Assembly (NCBI GenBank): GCA_964016885.1
Contig: OZ024748.1
Coordinates: 60,202,001 to 60,266,000, forward strand
Length of the DNA: 64,000 bases
Source: Eledone cirrhosa
Lineage: Eukaryota
Direction of reading: 5' to 3'
The notes beneath the pieces are model-generated. The model was not told where the DNA came from and made no database searches. It saw only the letters and a program-made list of their open reading frames with translations. The position numbers and the translations under genes were made by a program. This document shows positions 61,450 to 64,000 of this stretch, in pieces (the first letter of the stretch is position 1; each line of letters starts with the position of its first letter).

Positions 61450-61808
61450 TTATATATATATATATATATATACACCGATATATACACACAGTACATCACT
61501 ATCCATATACCCTATATGCCAAGCACCATACAACATACACTATCATCAGTCTGGTTTTAAAGAATTCCTTTGACATGACTATCTCAGAAATTTATTCGTT
61601 AAGTTGTTCACTGGCAGAAAAATGGAATGAAGCGGAATGGTTGTAATTAGATAACAAAATAGTTTATTTAATTAAGTTTTTTAATATTTATCTCATTAAA
61701 TTATTTTTTCGGTATCTGCGAAAATAAATTATGAGCATAAACGGCTTAATAATTTTCAGTGGTGAAACTTTTAATTCGTAGCCATACAAACTAGTGTATG
61801 TATACATA

Positions 61809-61867
<59 letters not shown>

Positions 61868-61890
61868 GTAATTGTTCGTATATATACGTA

Positions 61891-62033
<143 letters not shown>

Positions 62034-62056
62034 ACATACACACACACACTCACACG

Positions 62057-63591
<1,535 letters not shown>

Positions 63592-63683
63592 TATACATAT
63601 CTCTATATATATATATACTTATATATATACATATATATATATATATACATATCTCTATATATATATATGTATATATATACATG

Positions 63684-63729
<46 letters not shown>

Positions 63730-63732
63730 TAT

Positions 63733-64000
63733 AAATGAAAAGTATAGAAATTATTGTAGCGAGAAGCTAACAGTATTCCATAATATATGTGACTATAGCG
63801 TCAAAATGGGAAAATAGTTAACATAAGATATGGGAAAAATAATTCAAACTCAATTCAAAAAGATTCAGGATATAGATTTATCCAACAGAATTTAGAGAAA
63901 TCCAGGGAAAAATCAATAGAGCCTTAACTCATGATAAAACAAAGTCTAAAGTACTCATCCTTCAATTTGGGACAACTTCAAATGCTCTGTATAGTCTTGA
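63733..64000 (-). mobile_element. Family D element 3' end, cut by the window edge at the hammerhead
   Basis: Shares taagatatgggaaaaataattcaaactcaatt, atccttcaatttgg and aaatgctct(a/g)tatagtctt with 46753-46980. Confidence 0.75.

Overview
AT-rich eukaryotic genomic DNA dominated by microsatellites ((TA)n, (CA)n, (TC)n, trinucleotide tracts), with one 200-N gap. The repeat landscape is consistent with an octopus/cephalopod genome (inference). Almost all long ORFs in the track are microsatellite artefacts, and no host gene can be firmly called. The real content is mobile DNA. (1) A near full-length, frameshifted Tx1/L1-clade LINE (15014-20915, minus), a 5'-truncated second copy and several 3'-end stubs. 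(2) About a dozen copies of a tRNA-derived SINE whose 3' end and ATT-starting target sites match those of the Tx1 LINE. (3) RTE LINE stubs and mariner relics, including a tandem array built from a mariner end. (4) A Penelope-like RT/GIY-YIG ORF with one in-frame stop. (5) The most striking feature: a dense set of short Penelope-type elements inserted in (TA)n tracts, several folded into long near-perfect palindromes (149-320 bp arms). They carry hammerhead ribozyme motifs (CUGANGA...GAAA...UH with pairable stems I-III) from at least four sequence-unrelated families.
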